This document shows, piece after piece, positions 11,663 through 24,620 of a stretch of 64,000 bases of DNA. The stretch lies in the NCBI GenBank assembly GCA_030141605.1, contig JAQGDQ010000170.1, positions 186,001-250,000 on the forward strand, in the 5' to 3' direction. Position 1 is the first letter of the stretch. Each line of letters begins with the position of its first letter. The notes below the pieces were generated by a model. That model made no database searches. It was not told the DNA's origin and worked only from the letters and a program-made list of their open reading frames with translations. Source of the stretch: Tubiluchus corallicola (taxonomy: Eukaryota > Animalia > Priapulida). Both the position numbers and the translations under genes were made by a program.

Positions 11663-12080
11663 CCGGTCAGGGTCGTAGTGCATAATTTTTACTGAGACAT
11701 AGCGGAATTTCCTGTAAATATATTTAAATAATGAATATCATCCCGTTTTAGGCTACACCATTTTCCCGCATGTACCACTTTATTCACGAAAGAAAATTTG
11801 CGAGAATTTTTTCGGCAGCAGGTTTACTGGGTTTTTTGTTCACTCATCCATTCTCCAGTGTGGGACGATCACATTTAGGTAGTATAAACTGCCAACAGGA
11901 GCGCTCTAGTCGTGGTGTAAAGTTTCACGTGCAGCGATAAAGAGTAAACCCATCTGAAAGACGTAATCAGTTTTCCGTTTTTCAGGTTTAGTCACTAGGA
12001 GCGCTTTGGTCGTGGTGTTAAGCACGTCCACCAACAGCACGTCCTAACGTGCTTAACTTAAAGTTTTCTCAATCCAAGTG

Positions 12081-12480
12081 AAAAAGTCACAGGAAAAAAG
12101 TCACAAGAAAAAAGTCACAGATAAAAAGTCACAGGTAAAAAAGTCACAAGAAAAAAGTCACAGATAAAAAGTCACAGGTAAAAAAGTCACAAGAAAAAAG
12201 TCACAAGTAAAAAGTTACAGGTAAAAAAGTCACGGGTAAAAAACTCACAAGAAAAAAGTCACAGCTAAAAAGTTACAGGTAAAAAAGTCACAAGAAAAAA
12301 GTCACAAGAAAAAAGTCACAGGTAAAAAAGTCACAGGAAAAAGTCACAGGTAAAAAAGTCACAAGAAAAAAGTCACAAGAAAAAAGTCACAGGTAAAAAA
12401 GTCACAGGAAAAAGTACACAAAAAAAGAAACAACCCTAAAACTAACCCCAACCCTAACCCCTATCCCTAGCCCTAACCCA
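12081..12480. repeat. 13-15 bp tandem array (aaaaaagtcaca(a/g)g) followed by degenerate telomere-like (CCCTAA) repeats
   Basis: Array 12081-12420; aaccctaaaactaaccccaaccctaacccctatccctagccctaaccc at ~12432-12479. Confidence 0.85.
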
Positions 12481-13506
12481 CGCCAAAATATATTGCCCTT
12501 TTACTATGAATTTTTCCTTACCTGTCACCAGTTTTTCTGTTTATCTAAAAATACCTGTACTAAACAAGTAAACAGTACGTAAAACTGTTTATCTAAACTA
12601 CCTGTACTAAACAATTAAACCGATCATGTTTTATCAAGAATTTCGCATAACAACAATATTAATAAGCCGTTTGCGGTGATGCTGTAAATAAATTTTGTGA
12701 ACTTATATTTTAATACGTTATGACAGTGTCCTGTACAAGCTGAGTAAACTGAGTAACATAGTTCAAGCAAGTTTTGAAACAAAGCAAGCAAATAATAAGC
12801 CTTTTCACAGTTTCTTTGTGCGCATGCGCAGTTGCTGTAAGTCAAAGGTTAAGTGTACCACAGCAGCGCATCTTAACTACAACCGTCACATGACATGTGG
12901 GTAAAGCAAAATCGTCTGGTGCACCTGTTTGGTAACGTTAGTTGTTTTGCATGGACTTTGTTTAATTATGCATTAGTCTGTGCATAGAGTGATTTACTAG
13001 CAGGATCTTGTTTGGAAACAAAAAATGAACTAGGTAAGGCTAGCTAGCTGTTAAAACTGTTACTCTTACAATAGCATGAGCTGAGAGGCGTTGTCACGTG
13101 TACACAAATGGGTTGTCTGGTACACTTAAACTCTGACCTTTTCACGATCATCATCAATCGCTGGAACTGTTCTTTTCGGGAAATTACATGCCACTGATAC
13201 TGCAGAGTAAAATTACGCTGCGAAGTGTTACGTTTTTCATGTAGCCCATGCAGAGTGCAGACGTGAAAAACATTGCGATTAGCCGGCTAAGATTTTAATT
13301 GCTTAATACATGTATAAGTAAACAGCAGATTAGCAACGGGGCAGAGCTGAAGTGGTAGGTGTGAATTTGCCTCGAAGCATCAGTTAACTCTTTACTTGAT
13401 GTGGAAAATATGCGAAGTATAATAGTTGAAATTTTATTCTCAACAGAAAACATATAAATAATTATTTAAATTGATTTTAATCTCCAAATTCTTACCCCGT
13501 TTTTAA

Positions 13507-13964
13507 CCCTTTCATACCCGTTGTATCCCGTGGGATACAAGAATATTTTCTGCCTTTAAAATTAATAAAATTTTAAAACTGACAGTTATTTGATCTGTTA
13601 ATAGTTATTTTGATTTAAGCCAATAACAATAGATGAAAAATGGTGATAAAATGGCAAACTAGAAAATCTACATAGCATAAAAAACTGTGCAAGGTACAGT
13701 ACTTTAGAGACGACATTGTACAGATCAGCATAGCATGAATACTAAATGTCTTAAATACTTTAAAAAATTATCAGCAGTTGCAAAATGAAGCACATTTTAT
13801 GCTTCCGTTGAATCCCAATGTATCCCGTGGGATACAGGCTATATTTAGCACGTGGGCACAGGTAGAAAAAATAATTATTATGTGTAAACAAGATGGACAT
13901 ACTGAACAAAAGTATCAAGCCAAATGATTTTTTCTTATTAAAAAATAATTTGGGACTGAAAGGG
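13507..13964 (-). mobile_element. piggyBac-like MITE, copy 2
   Basis: TTAA TSDs at 13503-13506 and 13965-13968; CCCTTTC TIRs. Confidence 0.88.
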
Positions 13965-15115
13965 TTAATTGCGCTATATATAAATGTTTTTAATTCTTTG
14001 CGCGTGAAATAAAATTTACCTTTATGTATGAAGCACAATAAACGGTCTTACCTGTCTGTACAGATTAAGATTTCACAGATTAAAATATTCGCGTTTAAAT
14101 TTAATTATCCACAAACACGAGGAAAGCAGCAGTGCACATCTCTCAGGTAAGCTTCCGGTCAGCAGGTGTTGCTCATCAGCATCTCACGCCGAGGGAGGAG
14201 GAGTTACGCCCTTTGCCACGCCCATCGATTCAGGTAAAGTGTGAAGCCTTGACACTCGATTGATTTGATCAATACATCGTATCAATCAATCATTTTCACC
14301 AATTGTTCAGTAAGAAATACAGTGAATAAAGCAAGTTTGTACTTGAACGTTGAGCTAATGCAGTTTTTATAATTTGTGCAGGTAAGTTTTAATTTTAATG
14401 AAGTTTGTACACAAACAACGTAAACTGTTGTAAGTCATCTTTCCAAGGCACACGTCTTGTAAATGATTAGTCTTGCACGACCAGATAAACGCTTGAAGGC
14501 AATATGAGAACGAATGAAACTTTTTATCCATCTCTAAACCTATAAACCTAAGACCCGGTAATATGACTTAAGCCTAATCTTATTCATTTAAATCCGCCAT
14601 CGTTCCAGCCATGTCCAAAACGTTTGTCTGCAGGTCCTGCTGTAATTATAAATAACAGAAAAAACGCACTTTTGCGTAGGTGATTCAATTCCTACAGACT
14701 TGAGACAGGTGGGCATTATTCATTTGCTTGATTTAGGTGCACTAGAATGCGAGTGTAGAACAGGGTACTTGTTGGGTTTAGACACGCCCTTATTCCGTTC
14801 ATACATGTGGTTTCTCTTAGCTTATCATAAACCTCAAAACCTGTGTCGATCCAGTTCATGCCCAGGCTGACTCTGACGTCACAAGTAAATGACCCAGAAG
14901 TACTAAATGCGAATAGAGAGTTACAGATTTTTCCCAAAGTTGTAATCAGTTCATGTAAGCTAAACTCGCTAGTTTATAATCCAAAAATTAAAATATCTAT
15001 TGCCTGGTGGTGATCCGGTGCGCGTAAGGCAACCACAGCAGCTGTTCACACCAGGATCAACGTTGTGGCCGCCCCCATATTTTTAAATGTGAACAGGATA
15101 GCTACCGTATCTAAC

Positions 15116-15403
<288 letters not shown>

Positions 15404-16180
15404 TCTTTTTACTTATCTTGTAAAACATGCACAGTTATAATACAATTAATTTGGTAACAAAAATGTGAAGAAAGGGTAGCGAAAGACCAATTGGTCATCT
15501 AGTCAGCTGCCCTTTGGTTAGTGATGAACATTTTTATAGGCACTATGCTACAGTGTGTTAGTGTTAGTACTGCTTATAATAAAAATTAATTATTACGAAT
15601 GACATTAAATTGATATGCTTATAACGTGTTAGTACAATTCATACACAGTAATAGTAAGTGCATAGTAAAAAAAATCAAACTGAAAATAACTGAAATAAAA
15701 CTGAACTGAAACAAGAACTGAAATAAAAATCTGACAACAGAAACATAATAATTGTTACGATTATAAAAAATACTAGTAAAAATGGTTTATTTAAGTAAAT
15801 GCAATTCACGGTAAAGTAATTATAACTGCATTTATAATTTCAAAATATTTTCTATGTTTAAAACTCTAATATTGGCCACATTCGTCGATACATTTGTGCA
15901 TTCTGAGTTAAAGATACTGAGATAATAATAAATGACATAATACTTTTATAATACATTTACTTATATTATATTTTTCAGAAATTTCTGTTGGGCGTGGCAT
16001 TTCACTTATCTTTACCATTAACCAGTCTAATCACGTGCTACATGGATGAGCTGAATCACTTTTTGCCTGCAGTTCTTAGTATACATCGCAATTCCTAATC
16101 AATCTCCAAAGCTAATTTTCATGGACATCTGATTCCATGCGTACTATTTTCAAAGCCTTTTACCTCAAATTCTTCGTTAA

Positions 16181-16934
16181 CCCTTTCATACCCGTTGTAT
16201 CCCGTGGGATACGAGAATATTTTCTGCCTTTAAAATTAACAAAATTTTAAAACTGACAGTTTTTTTGATCTGTTAATAGTTATTTTGATTTAAGCCAATA
16301 ACAATGGACTAAATATGGTGATAAAATGGCAAACTAGAAAATCTACATAGCACAAAAAACTGCGCAAGGTACAGTACTTTAGAGACGACTTTGTACAGAT
16401 CAGCATAGCATGCATACTAAATGTCTTAACTACTTTAAAAAATTATCAGCAGTTGCAAAATGAAGCACATTTTATGCTTCTATTGAATCCCAATGTATCC
16501 CGTGGGATACGAGATATTTTCTGCCTTTAAAATTAATAAAATTTTAAAACTGACAGTTATTTGATCTGTTAATAGTTATTCTGATTTAAGCCAATAAAAA
16601 TAGACTAAAAATGGTGATAAAATGGCAAACTAGAAAATCTACATAGCATAAAAAACTGTGCAAGGTACAGTACTTTAGAGACGACTTTGTACAGATCAGC
16701 ATAGCATGCATACTAAATGTCTTAAATACTTTAAAAAATTATCAACAGTTGCAAAATGAAGCACATTTTATGCTTCCATTGAATCCCAATGTATCCTGTG
16801 GGATACAGGCGATATTTAGCACGCGGGCACAGTAGAAAAAATAATTATTATGTGTAAACAAGATGGACATACTAAACAAAAGTACTAAATCAAAAAAAAA
16901 TTCTTGTTAAAAAAATAATTTAAGACTGAAAGGG
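16181..16934 (-). mobile_element. piggyBac-like MITE, copy 3, with ~300-bp internal tandem duplication
   Basis: TTAA TSDs at 16177-16180 and 16935-16938; the segment between gtatcccgtgggatac palindromes (~16197, ~16495, ~16791) is present twice. Confidence 0.88.
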
Positions 16935-18067
16935 TTAAAGCATGAAAGATTTAAGCCACTTACGTAAAGCTTAAAAATTCGTCCTGAAATTTTGTACCAC
17001 TTACATACTGCCTCTTTGCATACAGGGCTTGCGTCGGGAGTAACGCTGTATAAAACATGTATAAATTTAAACTCCCGTTAGGCGCAGCCATTTTGAGGAC
17101 AAGTCATTTGAAATAGGTTTACATTTCAATAATCAAAAATAATCAATGTATTCGTAGCGATACGTCACTAAGTAAAATTTTAAATTGCTGTATCTTGTCA
17201 ATAAGATTAAAAATATGTTTTCTGGTTAGTGAGTGGTGCACCCTGGAGGATCAGTCAGCGACATTTTGCCAATTGGTGAAAACATTTTAAATAATTAATA
17301 ATTTTCTTTTCTTGTTACATAAGTCTTTCAGGCAGGTAAGCGAAATGCTAAGTAATATAACCTTGCATGGAAAGTTTAACATAGTTTAACATTGCCTTAT
17401 CTTCCCCTGATTTACGTTGTGCATATATGACGTCATGTAATGGCGCGGTCGGGACAGTATTGCGGGAAATTAAAAATGAAAACAAACAAAAAATCCTTTT
17501 CAGCGCGAGTACGATATACGCATAAAATTGTTATAAAGTAATACAATTTCTTAAGAGGATTTTTCTGAAACCTACTTCAGGTACCCCTCTTCTTGGATGC
17601 ATGTGGCCAGCTACTCTCTAGGCTTTCTAATTCTAAAAAGAAATATCGTTGCTTTTAGTTAAGTTAATTGCTTTTAAACTGAAACTGGACAATTAAGCAA
17701 GTAATTGCAAGCAAACTTGAGTATGAATGTATGATGAATTCTCTTCAAGGCGTTTTATTGCAGAATTATGTACAAGTTGTACGATCTTGATAAGCAGAAA
17801 AGACGGTATTTGCGGCCAGAACCTGCAGAGGTAACCTGACAAAACTAAAGCAGGTAAAAAGTGGAAGATTTAGATAAGAAAACTATTCCGGAATGCGAAG
17901 CATTGACTTACTCGCTTATTTAGATTTTTTCTGCCGAATTAGAAGAATATGTCATTTAGAACATTGTCGCTGCCTGCTCGCTAAACTCTCCAGGTTCATT
18001 TCGATCAAGGTGACACTCGATCGACACTTTTCTATATCTCTCGTTTTCTCTTTCCCTCCCTCTATCC

Positions 18068-18070
<3 letters not shown>

Positions 18071-18156
<86 letters not shown>
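18071..18156. repeat. (CT)n microsatellite
   Basis: Read directly. Confidence 0.97.
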
Positions 18157-18160
<4 letters not shown>

Positions 18161-19055
18161 AAACTAAACGTCTAAAAATCGATAATATCTCAGCCAAAAC
18201 AGGATGTGTTTCTGTAATGGCGTGAATTCGCCTGTTCAGCCCGAGTTTTGTGTGTAACATGTGATACAGTGTAGTGCCCTCTATCGGCAACTGTTCGGTT
18301 GAAATATCCGACCATCAACTTTGATGGTTTGCAATCTGTTTTTAACCACAACAATGTTAATTCTAGCATTGATGCATTAGCTAAAATTTCCCGTACATAT
18401 CATAAACTGTGATATATTACTATGTATTGGTAATTCAGAATATTCACTATGAATTACCAGCTGACGAATTAATGCTGATCGCACGTACGCTTTCTTATGT
18501 AATTGCTACCTTAATTGTATTCGTCAATTCAGGAAATAGTTTTCCAAAAAATGAACGCCTAGCAGGCTAGCATCTGCGTTCCAGTGCATGATGATCAAGA
18601 TGAAATAAAAACTCAGCTGAAATGGTTGTTAATAAACATGCGCGTCTACAGTTGCCATGAATCCAAATTTCGACAAAAATGTACTATGCACTATTTGCGG
18701 CAAAATGATAAAGTCCCACAGTTTTGTAGTACCTGAACGTGAACAACACGGCGAAATGAACGGCTCTATACAGTTACCCTTAAAATAAATCTTTTATAAA
18801 TCAAGAATAATGGGTTTATTGACCAGCTGATGGCGTCAAAACGAAGATTATGCACTAATATATTACAATAGATGTAGGTGACATTATAATATATCTAATA
18901 AACACTGGAGTAATATAGGAGATGCTGGGATGGAGACAAAGCTAAATTTGATTCAGACAAATTTCTTGTGCCACTAGCATAGCATTTCATAATTAGTTAA
19001 GAAAATTGTCACAAAATATCTGTACTGTGCACAGTCATAGGTGAAATCCTTTTAA

Positions 19056-19400
19056 CCCTTTCAGTCCCAAATTATTTTTTTAATAAGAAAAACTTTTTTA
19101 AAAACACAACAAAAGCAAAAACTGTGCTTCATTTTGCGACTGCTGATAATTTTTTAAAGTATTTAAGACATTTAGTATGCATGCTATGTTGATCTGTACA
19201 AAGTCGTCTCTAAAGTACTGTACCTTGCGCAGTTTTTTATGCTACGTAGATTTTCTAGTTTGCCATTTTATCACCATTTTTAGTCTATTGTTATTGGCTT
19301 AAATCAAAATAACTATTAACAGATCAAATAACTGTCAGTTTTAAAATTTTATTAATTTTAAAGGCAGAAAATATTCTTGTATCCCACGGGTATGAAAGGG
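19056..19400 (+). mobile_element. piggyBac-like MITE, copy 4 (internally deleted)
   Basis: TTAA TSDs at 19052-19055 and 19401-19404; lacks about 110 bp present in copy 1. Confidence 0.88.
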
Positions 19401-19939
19401 TTAACTGATAAACTTTATCAGGTTCAACCGGGACGTATCAACGCTTTACGATGCCCTAAGCTAATAGTTCTATCCCGCTTATCTCTAGTGTGAATTTATG
19501 GCTGCTTATGTAATGAGCAAATTAAACAATTACTTGTGGTGTATTAGAAACATATTAACCTAGTTTCTACGTGTCATTATTAATTACTTGCATTTGCATA
19601 GCGCTTATATTCAAGCAGGCTGTGCAACTGCTTGTTGTGTAATACCTTGCACCTGTTCGTTATGTGGCACTTATATAAAAGCTTAGCTGCTATTGACATC
19701 GTTAGTTAACGCCGTTATAAAGTTTGCTTCGTTAACTGCCTGTGGTGTGTTATAAAATGCCCCTTTATATGAATATGAAAGTTACACATTTTCCGAGGAG
19801 AATAAGAATTTTTTCTGAAATGTGATGCCCTCAGATTTTAGCACCCCTGGCTATAACCTAGTTGCCTATTGGTTAAGACGCCCCTGAGTTCAACAGATGA
19901 AGCATAGGGTCCATCTGGCATAGTACTATTACTCCATTC

Positions 19940-20526
19940 CAGATCGCCATGCCAGACAACTAAACTCCTTCCACCTGCGTTGTCTAAGACGACTCCTCAA
20001 GATCAGCTGGCAGGACTTGATACCAGAACCTGAAATCCTCGAGAGAGCACAATCCATCAGTGTCCATTCAATGCTTAAGGCAGCACAACTGAAATGGGTT
20101 GGCCATGTTCAACGTATGGAAGATCACAGACTGCCAAAGAGACTCATGTACTGCGAGCTGAAAGAAGGGAAACGGTCAGTTGGAGGGCAACGGAAAAGAT
20201 ACAAAGACACCCTCAAAGCCAGCCTGAAAGAATGCAACATCAATGTCGACTCCTGGGAAGATGTGGCACAGGAGAGATCTCGTTGGCGGTCCCTCATCAA
20301 ATCGGGAGTGACCAACTATGAGTCCAGGCGCATCCAAGTTAGGCAGGAGAAAAGACAGCTTCGAAAAGACAGACAACGCAATGCCTATCAAGGCACACCA
20401 TTCTCATGTCCTCATTGCAGGAGGAGGTTCTCAGCAAGAATCGGGCTTATAAGACACTTCCGTACACATCCTACGAAGTCAGAATGAAGTCATGGTCCTC
20501 TTCGACTATGAAGGACGAACAACAAC
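19940..20526 (+). mobile_element. 5'-truncated RTE-clade (BovB-like) LINE: ORF C-terminus with C2H2 zinc finger, short 3' UTR and (CAA)n tail
   Basis: RHARQLNSFHLRCLRRLLKISWQD...QLKWVGHVQRMEDHRLPKRLMYCELKEGKRSVGGQRKRYKDTLK...CPHCRRRFSARIGLIRHFRTH. Probable TSD attactccatt (19928-19938) / attactgcatt (20527-20537). Confidence 0.9.
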
Positions 20527-21268
20527 ATTACTGCATTACCAGGGTGTGTCGGCAAACTCTTTACATTCTTTAGCCCGGTTTTAAGGTTTTAAAATGATTC
20601 TTTGGAACAGTCGTGAGCACAAATCATTACTCTTCTGCTACAGAGGTGATAATGTTATTATCAACACAGCCAAACACAATAGTTAGAACAAAAATCCATA
20701 ATTTATTTAAACCAAAAACTTGGCTACATCAATTTATCTGTACAACATTATAACATAGTTCACATCATTGCTCATACACCTATTCAGATTTAGTAACCCG
20801 AGTCTCCAAATGAAATACCGCAAATGATATGAATTATGATTTCTGTTTAAAAAGCCAGACCATAGTTCCAAACGCACACCTACCAAACGTGAATCAGCCA
20901 ACTTTAAAATTGTGAGACATCTTAACGTTAAATTAGAATTACTACAGAGCTATAATAAAATACACCCTATTAACAATGCAAGTGTCTTATTTTTATTACC
21001 TATTTACATCTTAGAAATGTACACCAAAAACGTCAGAGTACTAATATAGAAAACCAACAACACAATGAAGTATAAGCAGACCACCAAATGTGAAAACAAA
21101 TGATATTATGTCATAAACTCAACACGTATCTGATTAAATTTTACTTTGGTTTTTGAATTTCCAAGGAATTAATGCATTTATTGCACAATTTTCACAATTA
21201 TGGCATCACTCAAGGACATAAACTCAATGACTGTGCTTTGTTTTTAGCCATTATGGTTAGTTTTGCGG

Positions 21269-21330
21269 AAACCTAGCCACTGGGGGGGGGAGTGCCGGTT
21301 CCAAGCCCGGATAAACAGGGAGGGTTAGGG
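21269..21330 (+). ncRNA. Twister self-cleaving ribozyme (type P1, RTE-associated)
   Basis: A|AA, P2 CCUA(21272-75)/CAGG(21316-19), T2 GC(21276-77)/GC(21305-06), P3 CACU/AGUG, P4 CCGG/CCGG, L4 UUCCAAGC, AUAAA linker, catalytic G21320-A-GGG (T1). The core closely matches the rice twister core as recalled (GCCGGUCCCAAGCCCGGAUAAAAGUGGAGGG). Confidence 0.82.
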
Positions 21331-21747
21331 TCAGGAAGGGCATTCGCCTGTAAAAACTGCGCCAAAACCTTCTATGAATGAGTCGGTGAGACTAAAAGGG
21401 AAAGTCCACAAAGAAGTGGTCAGACCCGCTCTAATCTATGGGCTGGAAGCAGCTTCTCTAAAGAAGACCGAAGAGAAGAAAATGGGTGTGGTGGAGATGA
21501 GGATGTTGAGATTGATGGTGGGAATAACAAGAAGAGATAAAATTAGAAATAATAATATCAGAGGAACAGTAAAAGTAGTGGAAGCCTCGCAAGATTGCGA
21601 TGGTATGGACACCTGAAAAGAAGAGTCGGTGAAGATCATGTGGGAAGGGAAGATATAAATGAAGAGATGGTCAACAGCAGGAATGCGTGGAGAAGACTCA
21701 TTCACAACGGCGACCCGGCATAGGGAAAAGCTGGGAAGAAGAAGAAG
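21270..21747 (+). mobile_element. Non-autonomous RTE-derived retroelement, full-length copy 2
   Basis: Colinear with 1751-2218; perfect TSD atggttagttttgcggaa (21253-21270 / 21748-21765); (GAA)n tail. Confidence 0.92.
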
Positions 21748-21993
21748 ATGGTTAGTTTTGCGGAAAAAAACACGTTATTTCATTAGATAATGTTCAAGGA
21801 TGCAATACTAACAATTAGCCACACCTGGCGTGAATATTATTCAATATTCTTTTAAATATTCTGAAGTTTCCTATATCTAGTAAGATTCACCACTGCATTA
21901 GAAGCTGAAATATACAAAACCTGAGGGTACCTAAATACCATCAAATCTATAGTATTTTATCGACACAATATCAGTAAACAGATCTAGGTAAGT

Positions 21994-22450
21994 CAGGGGT
22001 GTGCAAACTGCTGCCCGTGGGCCACTTGCGGCCCGCCAAGAGATCTTGTGCAGCCCGCGAAGAGGTTTGTCAACGTAATGAAAGTGCGGCCCGCAAAGAG
22101 GTTTGTCAACGTAATGAAAGTGCGGCCCACGTGATCCAGCTGAAGTCCGCGCCAATATCGCAAAAAGATAGTGCGGGTAGTTTTTTCCTCTAGATCGGAT
22201 GGCATTAACCCTTACAAGACCGTTGTCACTTAATGTAACTGTCGGACATGACGAAATATATGGTTTTTAATATAAATTTTAATAACTTCTAAAATAGTTC
22301 CTTAAGTGTAGTAATGGTGCAGTAATGCAGTAGCAATGATGTACGCAAATCGGATGCAAAAAATCGTTATTAGGTCCTATTGTACTTGGCTCCTTGACCA
22401 AACTGCATGTGGCCCGCAGGAATTGCGGGAAAATTTAATGTGGCCCGGCT
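21994..22450 (+). mobile_element. hAT (Charlie-type)-like non-autonomous DNA transposon remnant
   Basis: Begins CAGGGGTGTGCAAACT...GCGGCCCG with repeated gcggcccg/gtggcccg subterminal motifs and a ~36-bp internal duplication. Right TIR not identified. Confidence 0.6.
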
Positions 22451-23978
22451 AGTCAGTATATAAATACTGAACTGTGATGAAAATTATCACGTACTTACAG
22501 AGTTGGCGAGCGTTTCATGGCTTTTTACAAACGCGCGTGTGCGTCGCTTAAATTAATTCAGAATTATACTGCTTACTTTATGTCCATTCAGAAATATCAC
22601 ACAATTAGCTGTCTAGTTTTTTTTTGCAAAAACTTGACTGCGCGTTGCTTCAACCATTTGGCCAGTTCACTGGCTGAACATGAGCGTTTAACATGAGCCC
22701 GCCCATGGATGAGATACTCGCGACTTTAAAGCAGAACCGAAGCAAAACATGATTGGGTGTCAAAATGTAGGCATTGCTGGTAACCATGTTGAATTTAAAA
22801 ACTGACGAAAGCTTTATACAGACAAAAATATGCTGTATTAGTTTTAGCGTGACGTCACTGGTATCTCTGGCTTATTTAAGCTTTGTGTAAGTTACATAAT
22901 GCAATCCCGCTTCTCTATTCTACGTACTTGCGTTGCCGAACGGTTCTTTTCGGGTTGTCTTTCGGGCAAATGGGTGAGAGGGTGTTGTTCCATCTCACTG
23001 TGATCGCATTTGGTTTACATATATATTTCAAGAAACATTTCAAAATGTGAAGAAAGAGCGGTTACTATTAAATTCGGGAGTCTCCCGATGAAAAAATAAC
23101 GCATCACAGACGACCAAAAGTAGTGTTGGTATATATCAAGATAGAAGGCAATCAGGTTTACGTATTAAGCTGTGACTGTTTGGAAAATGCGACCGGTACA
23201 GTATTCTATTAGTTGAACAGTTGTATGTGCAATTATTATAGTATGCGGGGTACTTCTGGCCGCAAATCAAATCAGTAATCTGAAAGTAAGTTGCTAGCCA
23301 CTTTTTTGATTAAGACATACACATTAATTAAAGGTAATAATTAGGACAAACAGCATGAAAACCATATTTAGCTGCAGTTTCTCAAGCATGCTTTAGTTTG
23401 GACTTGCACAGCTGATGGCTTTTGTGCAGATAAATGAAATATTGTAATTTCAATGCAGGAAAGAAACTCTGTCATGCTGCCTCGGCGTCGAACTCTTTCT
23501 CGCGGATCACACATAAGAACCCACCATGTTCTTACAATTTGGAAAGCGTAAACATGATCGCTCTTTGTCAGAAGCATTATCTGAAGGGCACAATAGAGTA
23601 AGGCCGTGTTGCAACAATAAAAGAGCGAAGCACGAGATACCAATGACATCACGCGTACCGCTTTACTAATATCTTTTCATCCATCACATGTAGTGCAAAA
23701 AGTTGCTGTTGACAAAACTACGATGTCGTTTAACATTAGCAATGTTTTCAGCGCTGCTTCAAAAGTGATTTTACTAATTACACAAGACACTTATTACACT
23801 TTTATTGCCGAATCTTTCTAACAGTTTTCAGGAACATTAAAACAGCCTAACTTCCTGTGAAGCATGCATTTTTATTTTGCACTACAACATGCAGGGTAGA
23901 AGTAAAAGGAGTTATTCCATGCAGATGGATCGATCGCAAAAACGACGATATTTGAACATCCAGATTGAAGATAATTAA

Positions 23979-24480
23979 ATGATCGCGTCCTCGTTTGAAA
24001 GAAGATGTCTTGCCATGTCGTGTTTCTTTGCCTTGTTTGTTATTTATGGTTTCTTCTTATTGATGATGATACGACGACAACATCCCAGTGAAACAATCAT
24101 CACTTAAAATTTAAGATAAAGCTACACCAAGTTTTAGTTCGTCTCATTAAGCTTATCCCTGCCTTCTTTTCCACATCGTTTCAATGCAGCTGGTTTTTCG
24201 TCCTTACGCCATAGTATCCCTCTGACATTCATTTTTCTTCCAAAAAAATCCCATCCGTTAATAATATCAGCAGCTTGTTAACAATAAATTCTTCTAGAAG
24301 AATTTGCGGCGTCATAAACATTATTAAGCGCGCAAGTTGTCACCGCATCTTGCAGCAGTTAGTAGCACTTTGGCGCGCACAATTTGTTTTAGTATGCCTA
24401 AGTGATTCGCGCAGCTGTTGCGAAAACACGAAGCCGGTTTACGATCTGCATGGCTTCGTGCGAACAAATCCAGAAAACCT
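23979..24480 (+). pseudogene. Possible decayed type II membrane protein gene (DUF1647-like)
   Basis: 42-aa ORF with a hydrophobic signal anchor, then stop- and frameshift-interrupted motifs VVTASCSS**HFG (24336-) and VYDL.G..EQIQK (24437-24476). Resemblance is from memory only. Confidence 0.3.
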
Positions 24481-24579
24481 GAGATTGACTTTGGGTACGT
24501 TATGACTAGGTGAAAGTTTTCGTAAGCTACATGCAATAAATAACCATGTAAAGCCAAAACACAGAAACAGAGAAAGAAG

Positions 24580-24620
<41 letters not shown>

